Shown: positions 17,902-29,651, counted from the stretch's first letter. The stretch: 64,000 bases of DNA from Yaniella sp. (GCF_030453185.1 NZ_JAKDKW010000003.1:4375-68374), one strand, 5' to 3'. The notes: generated by a model not told the origin, from the sequence alone. Translations and numbers: made by a program.

Positions 17902-20900
17902 ATGTCCACAGAAAACTCATTCGGCCTCATGCGCATCGGCCTGGCCACCGCCGACCAAATCCGCGAGTGGTCCTACGGTGAGGTCAAAAAACCTGAAACC
18001 ATTAACTACCGAACACTGAAGCCAGAAAAAGACGGCCTCTTTTGTGAACGCATCTTCGGTCCAACCCGTGACTGGGAATGCTACTGCGGTAAGTACAAAC
18101 GTGTCCGTTACAAGGGCATCATTTGTGAACGCTGTGGTGTAGAAGTTACCCGTTCCAAAGTACGTCGTGACCGCATGGGCCACGTCGAACTCGCAGCGCC
18201 AGTAACTCACATCTGGTACTTCAAGGGTGTCCCGTCACGTCTGGGCTACCTGCTGGACTTGGCACCGAAAGATCTCGAAAAGATCATCTACTTCGCTGCC
18301 TACATGATCACCAGTGTTGACGAAGAAGCTCGTCACACCGATCTGCCAAACCTGCAGGCCGAACACGACCAGGAAATTAGCTTCCTCAAGAAGCAGCTCG
18401 ACTCCGATATCGCAGCGATCTCGCGTGAACTCGAGGAAGAACTCGCCGAACTCGAAAAATCGGGTGCGAAAGCTGCAGAGCGTGAAAAAGCCAAATCCCT
18501 GGCCGAAAAGACCATGGGGCAGGTTCGCAAACGCTCCGAGGCAGAAATCGACCAGATGGAAGAAGTCTGGGAGCGTTTCAAGAACCTCAAAGTTGGCGAC
18601 CTCGAAGGCGAAGAGCACATTTTCCGCGCCATGCGTGACAAGTACAGCGAGTACTTCGAAGGCTCCATGGGTGCCGAATCGATTCAGCGCCGTCTGCAAA
18701 CCTTTGATCTGCATGGTGAAGCAGAAAAACTGCACGAAATCATCCAGACCGGAAAAGGCCAGCGCAAGACCCGTGCTCTGAAGCGTTTGAAAGTGGTCAA
18801 TGCATTCTTGACCACCGACAACTCGCCAGAAGGCATGGTCCTGGACGCTGTCCCGATCATTCCACCAGAGCTGCGACCAATGGTTCAGCTGGACGGCGGA
18901 CGCTTTGCGACCTCAGATCTCAACGATCTTTACCGTCGTGTGATCAACCGGAACTCGCGTCTGAAGCGCCTGCTTGAACTCGGTGCTCCCGAGATCATCG
19001 TGAACAACGAAAAGCGCATGCTGCAGGAATCTGTCGACTCCCTCTTTGATAACGGCCGTCGCGGCCGTGCAGTGACCGGGCCGGGTAACCGTCCACTGAA
19101 GTCACTGTCCGACATGCTCAAGGGTAAACAGGGTCGTTTCCGTCAGAACTTGCTCGGCAAACGTGTCGACTACTCCGGTCGTTCAGTTATCGTGGTTGGT
19201 CCACAGCTGGAGCTGCACCAGACCGGTCTGCCAAAACAGATGGCACTGGAACTGTTCAAACCATTCGTGATGAAGCGCCTGGTTGATCTCAACCATGCAC
19301 AGAACATCAAGTCTGCAAAGCGCATGGTAGAACGTACCCGTCCACAGGTTTGGGACGTGCTCGAAGAAGTCATTACCGAACACCCGGTACTGCTCAACCG
19401 TGCACCCACCCTGCACCGCCTTGGTATCCAAGCATTCGAACCGCAACTGGTGGAAGGTAAAGCTATCCAGCTGCACCCACTGGTTTGTGCTGCATTCAAC
19501 GCTGACTTCGACGGTGACCAGATGGCAGTCCACCTGCCACTGAGCCCAGAAGCTCAAGCAGAAGCACGTGTGCTGATGTTGTCCTCGAACAACATTCTGA
19601 AACCATCCGATGGTAAGGCCGTTGCCGTACCGTCACAGGATATGGTTATCGGGCTCAACCACCTGACCGATGTGCGCGACGATGTCGTGGGTGTGGGCAA
19701 CGCCTACTCCTCACTCGGTGAGGCCATTATGGCCATGGATGCCGGCAAGGTACACCTGAATGCGACCATCACCATTGGTGTAGACGGCTTCGTCCCATCG
19801 GATGCACAAGCAGCACCGGAAGGTTGGGAAGCCGGACAGCGCACAAACCTTGAAACAACTCTTGGCCGCGTCCTGTTCAACCAGCTGCTCCCAGCCGACT
19901 ACCCATGGGTAGAAATGGTAGCTACCAAGGGCACCCTCGGAGAGTTGGTCAACGACCTCGCCGAACGTTACCCACTGGCGGAAACCGCGGGCGCTTTGGA
20001 TAATCTCAAAGACGCCGGTTTCTACTGGGGCACCCGTTCCGGTGTAACCGTTGCGATCTCCGATATCACGTCCAACTTCGATAAAGCCTCGATCATGGAA
20101 TCCTACGAGGACCAAGCCGCCAAGGTGCAGGTCCAGTACGAAACCGGTCTCATCGCAGACGAAGAACGTCGTGCCGAGCTGATTGACATTTGGAACAACG
20201 CCACCGACGAAGTTGCACAAGCAATGCAGGACGGCATGGGCAAACAGAACGCCATTAACCGTATGGTCACCTCCGGTGCCCGCGGTAACTGGCTGCAGGT
20301 TCGCCAGATTGCCGGTATCCGTGGTCTGGTTGCGAACCCGAAGGGTGAGATTATCCCTCGTCCGATCAAGTCCTCCTACCGTGAGGGCCTGTCGGTTCTG
20401 GAATACTTCTCCGCTACCCACGGTGCTCGTAAGGGTCTTGCCGATACCGCGCTGAAAACCGCGAACTCCGGTTACCTGACACGTCGTCTCGTCGACGTCT
20501 CCCAGGATGTCATCGTGCGTGAGGAAAGCTGTGGCACTCGCCGCGGTCTCAACGTCACCATCGCTGAACCAAACGCCGACGGCGAATTGGTACTGGTCGA
20601 TGATGTCGAGACCTCCTCGTACTCCCGTGTGTTGGCCACCGATGTCAAAGATGCAGACGGAACTGTTGTCGCACAGGCCGGAGAGGATGTCGGCAGCACC
20701 AAGCTCGACGAGCTGCTGGCAGCTGGCATCACCGAAATCCGTGTGCGCTCGGTCCTGACCTGTGAATCAAGTGTCGGAACCTGTGCCAACTGTTACGGTC
20801 GCTCGATGGCTACCGGCAAGGTAGTAGACATCGGCGAAGCCGTTGGTATTATCGCCGCGCAGTCCATTGGTGAACCAGGTACACAGCTCACTATGCGTAC

Positions 20901-21792
20901 CTTCCACACCGGTGGTGTTGCATCGGCTGACGATATTACCCAGGGTCTGCCACGTATTCAGGAACTCTTCGAAGCTCGTACACCAAAGGGTGTCGCGCCA
21001 ATCTCAGAGGTCGCCGGTCGTGTGAACATCGAAGAAGACGACAAACAGGTTCGTCTGGTGCTCACGCCGGATGACGGTTCTGAAGAAATGGCCTATCCGG
21101 TCCTGCGTCGCTCCCGTCTACTCGTAGAAGACGGTCAGCACGTAGAGGTCGGTACCCAGCTTGTTGCAGGTGCTATCGATCCGAAACAGGTACTCCGTGT
21201 TCTTGGTCCACGCGCTGCCCAGAAATTCTTGGTCGACGAGGTCCAAGAGGTTTACCAGTCACAGGGTGTTGGCATTCACGATAAGCACGTGGAAGTCATC
21301 GTCCGTCAGATGCTGCGTCGAATCACCATTATCGATTCCGGTGAAACCGACCTGCTGCCTGGTGAATTAGCTGACCGTGCTCGGTTCGTCGCTTCCAACC
21401 GTGCGGCGGTTGCAGAAGGCAAACGCCCAGCAAGCGGTCGTGACGAGCTCATGGGTATTACCAAGGCCTCGTTGGCTACGGACTCCTGGCTCTCTGCCGC
21501 ATCCTTCCAGGAAACCACTCGCGTCCTCACGCAGGCCGCAATGGAAGGCAGAGCTGACCCACTGCTTGGTCTCAAGGAAAACGTCATCATCGGTAAGCTC
21601 ATTCCAGCCGGTACCGGCCTGGACCGCTATACCAATGTTGCCGTGGAACCAACCGACGACGCCAAGGCGAACATGTTCACCGGCGCTGCTGCATTCCCGG
21701 ACTTCGATTACCCGGGAATGGATACCGAAATCGGTGGAGACTTCCATGCGATTCCGCTGGAAGACTACGGCATGGGTGGAGAATTCCGCTAA
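17902..21792 (+). CDS. rpoC: DNA-directed RNA polymerase subunit beta'
   Basis: 1296 aa. It has the zinc-finger [23 protein letters not shown] and the catalytic NADFDGDQM motif. Confidence 0.98.
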   Translation: MSTENSFGLMRIGLATADQIREWSYGEVKKPETINYRTLKPEKDGLFCERIFGPTRDWECYCGKYKRVRYKGIICERCGVEVTRSKVRRDRMGHVELAAPVTHIWYFKGVPSRLGYLLDLAPKDLEKIIYFAAYMITSVDEEARHTDLPNLQAEHDQEISFLKKQLDSDIAAISRELEEELAELEKSGAKAAEREKAKSLAEKTMGQVRKRSEAEIDQMEEVWERFKNLKVGDLEGEEHIFRAMRDKYSEYFEGSMGAESIQRRLQTFDLHGEAEKLHEIIQTGKGQRKTRALKRLKVVNAFLTTDNSPEGMVLDAVPIIPPELRPMVQLDGGRFATSDLNDLYRRVINRNSRLKRLLELGAPEIIVNNEKRMLQESVDSLFDNGRRGRAVTGPGNRPLKSLSDMLKGKQGRFRQNLLGKRVDYSGRSVIVVGPQLELHQTGLPKQMALELFKPFVMKRLVDLNHAQNIKSAKRMVERTRPQVWDVLEEVITEHPVLLNRAPTLHRLGIQAFEPQLVEGKAIQLHPLVCAAFNADFDGDQMAVHLPLSPEAQAEARVLMLSSNNILKPSDGKAVAVPSQDMVIGLNHLTDVRDDVVGVGNAYSSLGEAIMAMDAGKVHLNATITIGVDGFVPSDAQAAPEGWEAGQRTNLETTLGRVLFNQLLPADYPWVEMVATKGTLGELVNDLAERYPLAETAGALDNLKDAGFYWGTRSGVTVAISDITSNFDKASIMESYEDQAAKVQVQYETGLIADEERRAELIDIWNNATDEVAQAMQDGMGKQNAINRMVTSGARGNWLQVRQIAGIRGLVANPKGEIIPRPIKSSYREGLSVLEYFSATHGARKGLADTALKTANSGYLTRRLVDVSQDVIVREESCGTRRGLNVTIAEPNADGELVLVDDVETSSYSRVLATDVKDADGTVVAQAGEDVGSTKLDELLAAGITEIRVRSVLTCESSVGTCANCYGRSMATGKVVDIGEAVGIIAAQSIGEPGTQLTMRTFHTGGVASADDITQGLPRIQELFEARTPKGVAPISEVAGRVNIEEDDKQVRLVLTPDDGSEEMAYPVLRRSRLLVEDGQHVEVGTQLVAGAIDPKQVLRVLGPRAAQKFLVDEVQEVYQSQGVGIHDKHVEVIVRQMLRRITIIDSGETDLLPGELADRARFVASNRAAVAEGKRPASGRDELMGITKASLATDSWLSAASFQETTRVLTQAAMEGRADPLLGLKENVIIGKLIPAGTGLDRYTNVAVEPTDDAKANMFTGAAAFPDFDYPGMDTEIGGDFHAIPLEDYGMGGEFR

Positions 21793-21826
21793 GCCCGTAG
21801 GCCCGTCGAATCGGTCCTAAGATACA

Positions 21827-21863
21827 AAAGAACCAGTGCGAATCATCGCACTGGTTCTTTTGT
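21827..21863. terminator. bidirectional rho-independent terminator (rpoC on +, small membrane ORF on -)
   Basis: A perfect 13-bp stem joins AGAACCAGTGCGA (21829-41) and TCGCACTGGTTCT (21846-58) with loop ATCA. It is flanked by AAAA on the 5' side and TTTTG on the 3' side. Confidence 0.85.
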
Positions 21864-21885
21864 CTTAAGTAACTGCTAGCTGAAG

Positions 21886-22101
21886 TTAACCACGGGTGAC
21901 AGGGCGGCGCTTCACCATCTGCGCCATCACCAGACTGTAGACGCCGGCAAACCAAGTGATGCCCACGCCGAGCCAATGCGGCGGGTTCATGGCAACGACT
22001 GCGATCAGCCCGATGATCAACAATAGGAAGCCCAACACATTGAGCATGATGAATAGTGCCGTCGAAGGCGACGTCGTCGGTTTCGTGTCGTGTTGTGCCA
22101 T
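21886..22101 (-). CDS. hypothetical small membrane protein (2 predicted TM helices, 71 aa)
   Basis: Two hydrophobic helices (ALFIMLNVLGFLLLIIGLIAVVA and LGVGITWFAGVYSLVMAQMV). Third-position GC is high, like bona fide genes here. It sits between the FemX-like gene and the terminator. Confidence 0.5.
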   Translation of the reverse strand: MAQHDTKPTTSPSTALFIMLNVLGFLLLIIGLIAVVAMNPPHWLGVGITWFAGVYSLVMAQMVKRRPVTRG

Positions 22102-22267
22102 CGGCCTTATACCTTCTTGTGTAGCTATAACAAAGTGCGTTCAGTACCACAGTAGTCTGCTTGGCAGGCCGCGACGAACGCGATCGCTGTCCAAGAAGCA
22201 CAAAGGCCACCGAACGAGAAATATCTCAATTCGATGGCCCAATGTGGAAGTGTATTCAGAGACCGGT

Positions 22268-23449
22268 TTAGCCTCGACGTTCCAAATACATGGTGAATGC
22301 CCGAGCAAGCACCTTGTTGATCGGCAAATCCCACTCACCCATGGTTTGCACAACGTCCGCACCCATGGTGGTTTTAAACCGGGTTAGCCCCGCAAGCTCG
22401 TGTTCCTTGTTCAGTGTGGCTGATACACCGCCGAGGTCATACCACGCCGCACCGGCTTCAAGACTGAGCTTAATTTGTTCTAGCTGGAGGGCCCGTGGTG
22501 CGTAGCGTTTTGACTCAGCGCGGGTGGAAGCACCGTACACGTACCACCCAGTATCTTGTTGCTGTACGTAGATGGCTGAAGCTAAGAGCTGGTCTTCGTA
22601 ATGTGCGAATAACACCTTGCACTGGGATGTCTCTGATTCATTGAGCGCGTGCATCATAGACTCAAAGTAACTTTGGGGACGACCGGTGAAGTTATCGCGT
22701 TCCGCAGTTTCTTCATACAGCGTTTGCCAGGCAGCGACATCGTCGAGTCCGCCCGAAGTGATAGAGAGCTCGGAGCGAGTGGATTTTCGTGTTTGACGAC
22801 GAGACGTGCTGTCCATTCGCATCAAGACTTCTTCCACGGCCTGTTCAAATTCAGGCGATTCGCGGTCAGCACGCTGCTCAGGGGTTAGCTGGGGGAGCGG
22901 AATGCGGGCCTGAAACTGGGCTTGGCCTGCAACAAAATCTTCAGAGAGTTCGGGTTTCTGCCAGCCCTTGCGGACCAGAGTGTTTTCCATCTTCCAGGCA
23001 GTCGTATTGGACTCAACCGGCTGCAGTTCGGGGATCATACCGTGCTCTCCACCGGATAACGCCTTGCGAACATCGTCGGCGTCCCACCGGCGCAGATCCA
23101 AGGGAAGACCCATACGAATCATAAAGGCCCCTTGACTGCGTGCATGCGGGACTAGCGGTTCAAGCACTGCGTCGAGCTCAACGAGGTCCGGATCGAACAG
23201 GGGGCCATCGGCAATATATGCTAATGAGCGTCCGCGTAACCCCGGTACTGGGATTGGACGATATAGCACTAACGAAGCAGCAACGAGTTCGTCATTGTCG
23301 AACCAGCCAAGTGATTGGCTTCGCCAAGCCGGTTTTGTTCTCGGCCAGATGGGGTTCTGCAAAAACGACGCTCTTGCTTGTTCGGCAATGAATTCGTGAT
23401 GCTGTTCAGTTGAAATCTCTTGGATGCGCAGAGTCTTATGATGTGTCAC
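22268..23449 (-). CDS. FemAB/FemX-family peptidoglycan aminoacyl-tRNA transferase
   Basis: 393 aa. The N-terminal segment HHEFIAEQARASFLQNPIWPRTKPAWRSQSLGWFDNDELVAASLVLYR fits the FemAB pattern. Length fits two GNAT-like lobes, and the C-terminal segment is LAGLTRFKTTMG. Confidence 0.75.
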   Translation of the reverse strand: MTHHKTLRIQEISTEQHHEFIAEQARASFLQNPIWPRTKPAWRSQSLGWFDNDELVAASLVLYRPIPVPGLRGRSLAYIADGPLFDPDLVELDAVLEPLVPHARSQGAFMIRMGLPLDLRRWDADDVRKALSGGEHGMIPELQPVESNTTAWKMENTLVRKGWQKPELSEDFVAGQAQFQARIPLPQLTPEQRADRESPEFEQAVEEVLMRMDSTSRRQTRKSTRSELSITSGGLDDVAAWQTLYEETAERDNFTGRPQSYFESMMHALNESETSQCKVLFAHYEDQLLASAIYVQQQDTGWYVYGASTRAESKRYAPRALQLEQIKLSLEAGAAWYDLGGVSATLNKEHELAGLTRFKTTMGADVVQTMGEWDLPINKVLARAFTMYLERRG

Positions 23450-23532
23450 CCTTCCAGCGTACCCCAGTGAGCCAGGGGTCGAGGGGTCGCAGCGGACGGT
23501 GCGCCGATTGCTAGTTGCTACACTCGACGATT

Positions 23533-24804
23533 ATGAGCAACCAGATTCCAGCCTCGCAACCGTTCGTTCCTGTGATTACCGGGGGAGACCTAGGAGCGTA
23601 TAGTCTTGCGCGTGAATTTCATGAAGCGTTCGGCGTGAAGTCAGCCGTTGTTCCGACTGCCGAAAATCTCGTTGTTGGCGGAAGCAAGATCACTCAGCTT
23701 TTCCCGGCAGGTCCTATGTTTGACTCTGCCCGTGTAGTCCGGCATTTGGGCGATGTAGCAAATATGCTGCAACAAGAAGGCCCGCGACCGCTCATCCTGT
23801 CTGCCGGATATGACCATCTCGTACGAATTATGATTGAACACGACGCCGAGCTGAGAGAGATGGGATATGTCTTTCCGAACCTGACCGTTGAACAACTGGA
23901 TCAGGCTTCTCTTAAAGAGAACTTCTATGCCTTGTGTGAAAAGCACGGGATTCATTATCCACGCACAGCCATCTATGAATGTGCACAGGGTGAAAAACCA
24001 GTTGCTGAATTCGTCACTGAACTTGCTGCACCCGACTGGCAGTATCCATTGATACTCAAAGCCGGTGATGGCGGTGAATGGGCAAATACGCGATTCGACG
24101 GTCGCCGGAAAGTCCACTATTTGGAAACACCCGATGAGCTAGCAGACATCCTATACAAAGCGAACGACGCCGGTTATCAAGGGACCCTGATCATCCAGCA
24201 ATTCATCCCTGGCCCGGATTCGAATCTGCGGATCCTCACCCACTTCCGCGACCGTCACGGCAATAATGCCCTGTCCGGCCTCGCCGAGGTCATCGTAGAA
24301 GATCATGCGTCGGGGCTGGAGGGAAACTCCCGGGCTCTTCTCGCAGCAACTGATCCAACACTTGAAGCCCAGGGTGCTGAGCTCATGGAGGCACTGGACT
24401 GGCACGGCTTCGGCATGTTCGACGTTAAAATCCATCAGCATACGGGCGAGCCATATTTTCTCGAGATGAACCCGCGTTTGGGTCGACATCACTACTATTT
24501 GACTATTGCCGGTACTAACCCTGCGCCATACCTGGTCCGAGAATTCGTTGAAGCAGCAGAGCACCCAGCTGCCACTACCACTGCCGGCCCTGCAGCATCC
24601 ATGACGATCCCGATGAAATTGGCTTATCAGTATGCTTCCGACGAGCAGGCAGCGCAACTTGATGCGGCGAAAGATGCCAAACTCATTGGTTGGCCGCTGC
24701 GTTACGCTAAGGATCGCAATATCAAACGCGACCTATATCAGCGCCTCCGTCTCACCAAGGCTGCACGTGAAATCGACCATGTGCCAGGTACAATGAATTC
24801 CTAG
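23533..24804 (+). CDS. ATP-grasp carboxylate-amine ligase (D-aspartate-ligase-like family)
   Basis: ATP-grasp motifs YPLILKAGDGG, LIIQQFIPG and GMFDVKI...PYFLEMNPRLG, plus the N-terminal PVITGGDLGAYSLAREFHEAFG. The start is probably ATG 23533; the ORF-track TTG at 23515 is also possible. Confidence 0.75.
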   Translation: MSNQIPASQPFVPVITGGDLGAYSLAREFHEAFGVKSAVVPTAENLVVGGSKITQLFPAGPMFDSARVVRHLGDVANMLQQEGPRPLILSAGYDHLVRIMIEHDAELREMGYVFPNLTVEQLDQASLKENFYALCEKHGIHYPRTAIYECAQGEKPVAEFVTELAAPDWQYPLILKAGDGGEWANTRFDGRRKVHYLETPDELADILYKANDAGYQGTLIIQQFIPGPDSNLRILTHFRDRHGNNALSGLAEVIVEDHASGLEGNSRALLAATDPTLEAQGAELMEALDWHGFGMFDVKIHQHTGEPYFLEMNPRLGRHHYYLTIAGTNPAPYLVREFVEAAEHPAATTTAGPAASMTIPMKLAYQYASDEQAAQLDAAKDAKLIGWPLRYAKDRNIKRDLYQRLRLTKAAREIDHVPGTMNS

Positions 24805-25059
24805 TTGTGATCACCATCGCAAGCAACACTTAAATTTTCCCCTCGTGCTTGAACCTGCTACACTGAGAACGATTGTTTCAAAGTGGCAGTAGGACTCTGT
24901 CCGGGTTGCGGGGATCTTGCGCAACAAATGCCACCTTTTTGCACGTCCAAAGGCAAAGCCTTTTAGACGTCGAAAAAAGACCAAGCTTTCTTTCGAATCG
25001 TCGCGGCATTGCGCCGCCTCGATCCGTTCGAATGAAGATGAGAATATACGGAGATTATT

Positions 25060-25434
25060 TTGCCAACAATTCAGCAGTTGGTCCGGAAGGGCCGCACACC
25101 AAAGGCAAAGCGTGTTGGTGCGCCAGCGCTTAATTCGCGCCCAATGCGCCGTGGTGTGTGCACTCGCGTGTACACCACGACCCCAAAGAAACCGAACTCC
25201 GCGCTGCGTAAAGTCGCACGTGTCCGCCTGGCCGGTGGTATCGAAGTTACCGCCTACATCCCAGGTGAGGGTCACAACCTCCAGGAGCACTCCATTGTGC
25301 TCGTACGCGGCGGTGGCGTGAAAGACCTTCCAGGTGTCCGCTACAAGATTGTTCGCGGTGCTCTGGATACCCAGGGTGTTAAAGACCGTCGTCAAGCTCG
25401 TAGCCGTTATGGTGCCAAGAAGGAGAAGAAGTAA
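25060..25434 (+). CDS. rpsL: 30S ribosomal protein S12
   Basis: [12 protein letters not shown]...[16 protein letters not shown]... with a TTG start. Confidence 0.98.
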   Translation: MPTIQQLVRKGRTPKAKRVGAPALNSRPMRRGVCTRVYTTTPKKPNSALRKVARVRLAGGIEVTAYIPGEGHNLQEHSIVLVRGGGVKDLPGVRYKIVRGALDTQGVKDRRQARSRYGAKKEKK

Positions 25435-25437
25435 CCC

Positions 25438-25908
25438 ATGCCACGTAAAGGACCTGCGCCCAAGCGCCCACTGGTAGTTGACCCGGTTTATGGTTCATCC
25501 CTGGTCACCCAGCTGATTAATAAAGTTTTAGTCGATGGTAAGAAATCGACTGCCGAACGTATCGTCTACGGTGCCTTGAACGGTACTCGTGACAAAGGCG
25601 GCGACGATCCAGTAGCAACCCTGAAGAAGGCCCTGGATAACGTGCGCCCTGCCCTCGAAGTCCGCTCACGTCGTGTTGGTGGCGCCACCTACCAGGTACC
25701 TGTTGAGGTAAAGCCTGGCCGTGCCACCGCGTTGGCACTGCGTTGGTTGGTTACCTTCTCGAATGCACGCCGCGAAAAGTCGATGACTGAGCGACTGACT
25801 AATGAAATTCTGGATGCTTCCAACGGACTGGGTGCAGCTGTAAAACGTCGCGAAGACGTGCACAAGATGGCTGAAGCTAACAAGGCGTTTGCCCACTACC
25901 GCTGGTAA
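25438..25908 (+). CDS. rpsG: 30S ribosomal protein S7
   Basis: [20 protein letters not shown]...[10 protein letters not shown]. Confidence 0.98.
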   Translation: MPRKGPAPKRPLVVDPVYGSSLVTQLINKVLVDGKKSTAERIVYGALNGTRDKGGDDPVATLKKALDNVRPALEVRSRRVGGATYQVPVEVKPGRATALALRWLVTFSNARREKSMTERLTNEILDASNGLGAAVKRREDVHKMAEANKAFAHYRW

Positions 25909-25998
25909 ATCAAACCCAACTCAGTACTCATTCCGAGCCGTTGCCTCATCCAGGAGTCTGTGGCTCTAGGAAATTAGGCAACAACAAAGGGAGACCCT

Positions 25999-28116
25999 GT
26001 GGCACAACAAGAAGTGCTTACCGACCTCAATAAAGTTCGTAATATCGGCATCATGGCTCACATTGACGCCGGTAAAACTACTACAACCGAGCGGATCCTG
26101 TTCTACACCGGTGTGAACCACAAACTGGGTGAAACCCACGATGGTGCGTCTACAACCGACTGGATGGCACAGGAAAAAGAGCGCGGTATCACCATTACCT
26201 CAGCAGCTGTTACTAGCTTCTGGGAAGGTAACCAGATTAACGTCATCGACACTCCTGGTCACGTTGACTTCACTGTTGAAGTTGAGCGTTCCTTGCGTGT
26301 TCTCGACGGTGCAGTCGCTGTATTTGATGCCAAAGAAGGCGTAGAACCACAGTCTGAAACCGTATGGCGTCAAGCAGACAAATACGGTGTACCTCGTATC
26401 TGCTTCATCAACAAGATGGACAAGCTCGGTGCTGATTTCTACCACACCGTAGAAACCATCAAGTCCCGTCTGGGTGCCAAGCCACTGGTCATGCAGCTGC
26501 CAATCGGCGCAGAGAACGACTTCATTGGTGTAGTCGACTTGCTCACCATGAAAGCGTTCGTCTGGCCAGCAGATGCCAAGGGTGACACCAAGCTCGGTGC
26601 AACCTATGAGATCGAAGAAATTCCGGCTGACCTTCAGGAACGTGCTGAACAGTACCGTAACGAACTCATCGAATCCGCTGCTGAATCGTCAGAAGAACTG
26701 ATGATGAAATACCTCGATGAAGGCGACCTCACCAACGACGAGATTAAAGCCGGTATCCGTGCTTTGACCGTCGCTGACGAAGCCTACCCAGTATTCTGTG
26801 GTTCCGCTTTCAAAAACCGTGGTGTACAGCCGATCATTGATGCTGTTGTTGACTACCTGCCATCCCCGCTGGACGTTGAGTCCGTCAAGGGTCTTGCAGT
26901 CAACGACCCAGAGCAGGAATTGACTCGTAAGCCACGCCTTGATGAGCCATTCTCCGCACTGGCTTTCAAGATTGCGGCTCACCCGTTCTTCGGTACGCTC
27001 ACTTACATTCGTGTGTACTCCGGAAAGATCAAGGCCGGCGACCAGATTCTGAACGCAACCAAGCAGAAGCAAGAACGCGTTTCGAAGCTGTTCCAGATGC
27101 ACGCCAACAAGGAAAACCCTGTTGACGAAGCACAGGCAGGCCATATCTACGCTGTAGTTGGTCTCAAGGACAGCACCACCGGTGACAGCCTCTCAGCGAA
27201 AGATGCTCCGATCATCTTGGAATCCATGGAATTCCCAGAACCAGTGATCTCGGTGGCCATTGAGCCGAACTCGAAGGGTGACCAGGAAAAACTCTCGACC
27301 GCTATCCAGCGTCTGTCGGCAGAGGACCCAACCTTCACGGTCAACCAGAACGAAGAAACTGGCCAGACTGAAATCGGCGGCATGGGCGAACTACACCTCG
27401 ATGTGTTGGTAGACCGCATGAAGCGTGAATTCAAGGTTGAAGCAACCGTTGGTAACCCACAGGTCTCCTACCGTGAAACGATTCGACGCAAGGTTGAATC
27501 CGTTGACTACACCCACAAGAAGCAGACCGGTGGCTCCGGGCAGTTCGCGAAGGTTGTCGTAACCTTCGAACCACTGGAGACCGAAGACGGCGAAATTTAC
27601 GAGTTCAAGAACTCCGTGACCGGTGGACGTATTCCACGCGAATACATCCCATCGGTAGACCAGGGTATCCAAGAAGCCATGCAGTTCGGTGTCCTTGCTG
27701 GCTACCCCATGGTTGGCGTCAAGGCAACACTGCTCGATGGTGCTTACCACGATGTTGACTCGTCTGAGATGGCGTTCAAACTCGCAGGTTCACAGGTCTT
27801 CAAGGAAGGTATCAAGCGTGCGAAGCCGGTTCTTCTCGAACCAGTTATGTCCGTAGAAGTACGCACCCCTGAAGAATACATGGGTGACGTCATTGGAGAC
27901 CTCAACTCCCGTCGCGGTACCATCGAATCGATGGAAGACGCTGCTGGTGTGAAAGTCATCAAATCCAAGGTTCCGCTGTCCGAAATGTTCGGTTACATTG
28001 GTGACCTGCGCTCCCGTACCCAGGGTCGCGCGGTCTACACCATGACCTTCGATTCATACGGCGAAGTTCCTGGATCGGTCTCTGAAGAAATTATTCAGAA
28101 ACACACTGGCGCATAA
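25999..28116 (+). CDS. fusA: elongation factor G
   Basis: G-domain motifs [17 protein letters not shown] and NKMD. 705 aa with a GTG start. Confidence 0.98.
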   Translation: MAQQEVLTDLNKVRNIGIMAHIDAGKTTTTERILFYTGVNHKLGETHDGASTTDWMAQEKERGITITSAAVTSFWEGNQINVIDTPGHVDFTVEVERSLRVLDGAVAVFDAKEGVEPQSETVWRQADKYGVPRICFINKMDKLGADFYHTVETIKSRLGAKPLVMQLPIGAENDFIGVVDLLTMKAFVWPADAKGDTKLGATYEIEEIPADLQERAEQYRNELIESAAESSEELMMKYLDEGDLTNDEIKAGIRALTVADEAYPVFCGSAFKNRGVQPIIDAVVDYLPSPLDVESVKGLAVNDPEQELTRKPRLDEPFSALAFKIAAHPFFGTLTYIRVYSGKIKAGDQILNATKQKQERVSKLFQMHANKENPVDEAQAGHIYAVVGLKDSTTGDSLSAKDAPIILESMEFPEPVISVAIEPNSKGDQEKLSTAIQRLSAEDPTFTVNQNEETGQTEIGGMGELHLDVLVDRMKREFKVEATVGNPQVSYRETIRRKVESVDYTHKKQTGGSGQFAKVVVTFEPLETEDGEIYEFKNSVTGGRIPREYIPSVDQGIQEAMQFGVLAGYPMVGVKATLLDGAYHDVDSSEMAFKLAGSQVFKEGIKRAKPVLLEPVMSVEVRTPEEYMGDVIGDLNSRRGTIESMEDAAGVKVIKSKVPLSEMFGYIGDLRSRTQGRAVYTMTFDSYGEVPGSVSEEIIQKHTGA

Positions 28117-28383
28117 CTTAGAATAGTTAGCCGGCTAGATTTAGGGTGGTGGGTCTGCAAAGACCCACTATCTACCAAACAGCATGTATCCCCGAACATG
28201 AGGTTTGGTCTAGGACAAGGGTCCGGTCCGCACCTGCGGCCAAGGTTGTTTAGCAATCTACGGACCGGTCCTACCCACCGGGGAAATTCAGTAAACACAA
28301 CATCTGACGTAGACTGGACCAAAGTCAGACCGCCACAAGCGGCTGCATGTCCTTCTCCAGTCGAACAGTTCTAGGAGGAATCT

Positions 28384-29574
28384 GTGTCGAAGGCAAAGTT
28401 CGAGCGGACAAAGCCGCACATTAACATCGGTACCATCGGTCACGTTGACCACGGTAAAACCACCCTGACCGCTGCGATCTCCAAGGTACTTGCCGATAAG
28501 TACCCAGAGTTCAACGAACAGCGCGACTACTCCGATATCGACGGTGCGCCAGAAGAGCGCCAGCGCGGTATTACTATTAACGTCTCCCACGTTGAGTACG
28601 AAACCGAAAAGCGTCACTACGCACACGTAGACGCCCCAGGTCACGCTGACTACATCAAGAACATGATCACCGGTGCTGCCCAGATGGACGGCGCAATTCT
28701 TGTTGTTGCTGCCACTGACGGCCCAATGGCTCAGACACGTGAACACGTACTGCTTGCCAAGCAGGTTGGCGTACCAGCACTGTTGGTCGCACTGAACAAG
28801 TCCGACATGGTCGACGACGAAGACCTGCTGGAACTGGTCGAAATGGAAGTACGCGAACTGCTGTCTTCCCAGGAATTCGACGGTGACGACGCTCCAGTCG
28901 TTCGTGTTTCCGCCCTGAAGGCCATCGAAGGTGACGAAAAATGGGTAAAATCCGTTGAAGAGCTCATGGAAGCTGTCGACGAGTTCATCCCAGAACCAGT
29001 TCGTGACCGCGATAAGCCATTCCTGATGCCGATCGAAGACGTCTTCACCATTACCGGTCGCGGTACTGTTGTGACCGGTCGTGCAGAACGCGGTACTCTC
29101 GCAATCAACTCCGAAGTTGAAATCGTTGGTATCAAGGATTCGCAGAAGACTACCGTCACCGGTATCGAGATGTTCCACAAACAGCTCGACGAAGCCTGGG
29201 CAGGCGAAAACTGTGGTCTGCTGCTGCGCGGTCTGCGTCGTGAAGATGTTGAACGTGGCCAGGTTGTTGTCAAACCAGGTTCGATCACACCACACACCTC
29301 CTTCGAGGCGAACGTCTACATCTTGTCGAAAGACGAGGGTGGCCGTCACAACCCGTTCTACTCGAACTACCGTCCACAGTTCTACTTCCGTACCACTGAC
29401 GTAACCGGTGTTATCACCCTGCCAGAAGGTACCGAAATGGTCATGCCAGGTGACACCACCGAAATGACTGTTGAACTGATCCAGCCGATCGCTATGGAAG
29501 ATGGCCTCGGCTTCGCAGTTCGTGAAGGTGGACGTACCGTTGGTTCAGGTCGTGTAACCAAGGTCATCAAATAA
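28384..29574 (+). CDS. tuf: elongation factor Tu
   Basis: [18 protein letters not shown] and NKSD motifs. 396 aa with a GTG start. Confidence 0.98.
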   Translation: MSKAKFERTKPHINIGTIGHVDHGKTTLTAAISKVLADKYPEFNEQRDYSDIDGAPEERQRGITINVSHVEYETEKRHYAHVDAPGHADYIKNMITGAAQMDGAILVVAATDGPMAQTREHVLLAKQVGVPALLVALNKSDMVDDEDLLELVEMEVRELLSSQEFDGDDAPVVRVSALKAIEGDEKWVKSVEELMEAVDEFIPEPVRDRDKPFLMPIEDVFTITGRGTVVTGRAERGTLAINSEVEIVGIKDSQKTTVTGIEMFHKQLDEAWAGENCGLLLRGLRREDVERGQVVVKPGSITPHTSFEANVYILSKDEGGRHNPFYSNYRPQFYFRTTDVTGVITLPEGTEMVMPGDTTEMTVELIQPIAMEDGLGFAVREGGRTVGSGRVTKVIK

Positions 29575-29618
29575 GTTTGATGCACCGCTGATGTACTAGC
29601 TTTTAGCTAGACTCGAAT

Positions 29619-29651
29619 GAAACCCCCGCCACGTGCGGGGGTTTTATTTTG
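29619..29651 (+). terminator. rho-independent terminator after tuf
   Basis: AAACCCCCGC (29620-29) pairs with GCGGGGGTTT (29635-44). The loop is CACGT and a T-rich tail TTATTTTG follows. Confidence 0.88.

Noticed and set aside
18235-20421. Several 110-236-aa ORFs on both strands inside rpoC (18235..18735, 18314..18781, 19183..19557, 19711..20421)
   Set aside because: All are nested in or antisense to the beta' gene. Their translations are low-complexity or repetitive (F/E/V- or R/S-rich) and lack start-site context.
24811-25395. 194-aa minus-strand ORF and two + strand ORFs (24873..25133, 24917..25321) around the rpsL start
   Set aside because: They lie antisense to or off-frame with S12 and its leader. 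Their products are Arg/Cys-rich with no motifs.
28288-29349. 353-aa ORF on the minus strand covering most of tuf
   Set aside because: It is exactly antisense to an unmistakable EF-Tu gene. Long open antisense frames are expected opposite highly codon-biased GC-rich genes. It has no SD, no recognisable motifs and an odd composition (F/V/D/C-rich).
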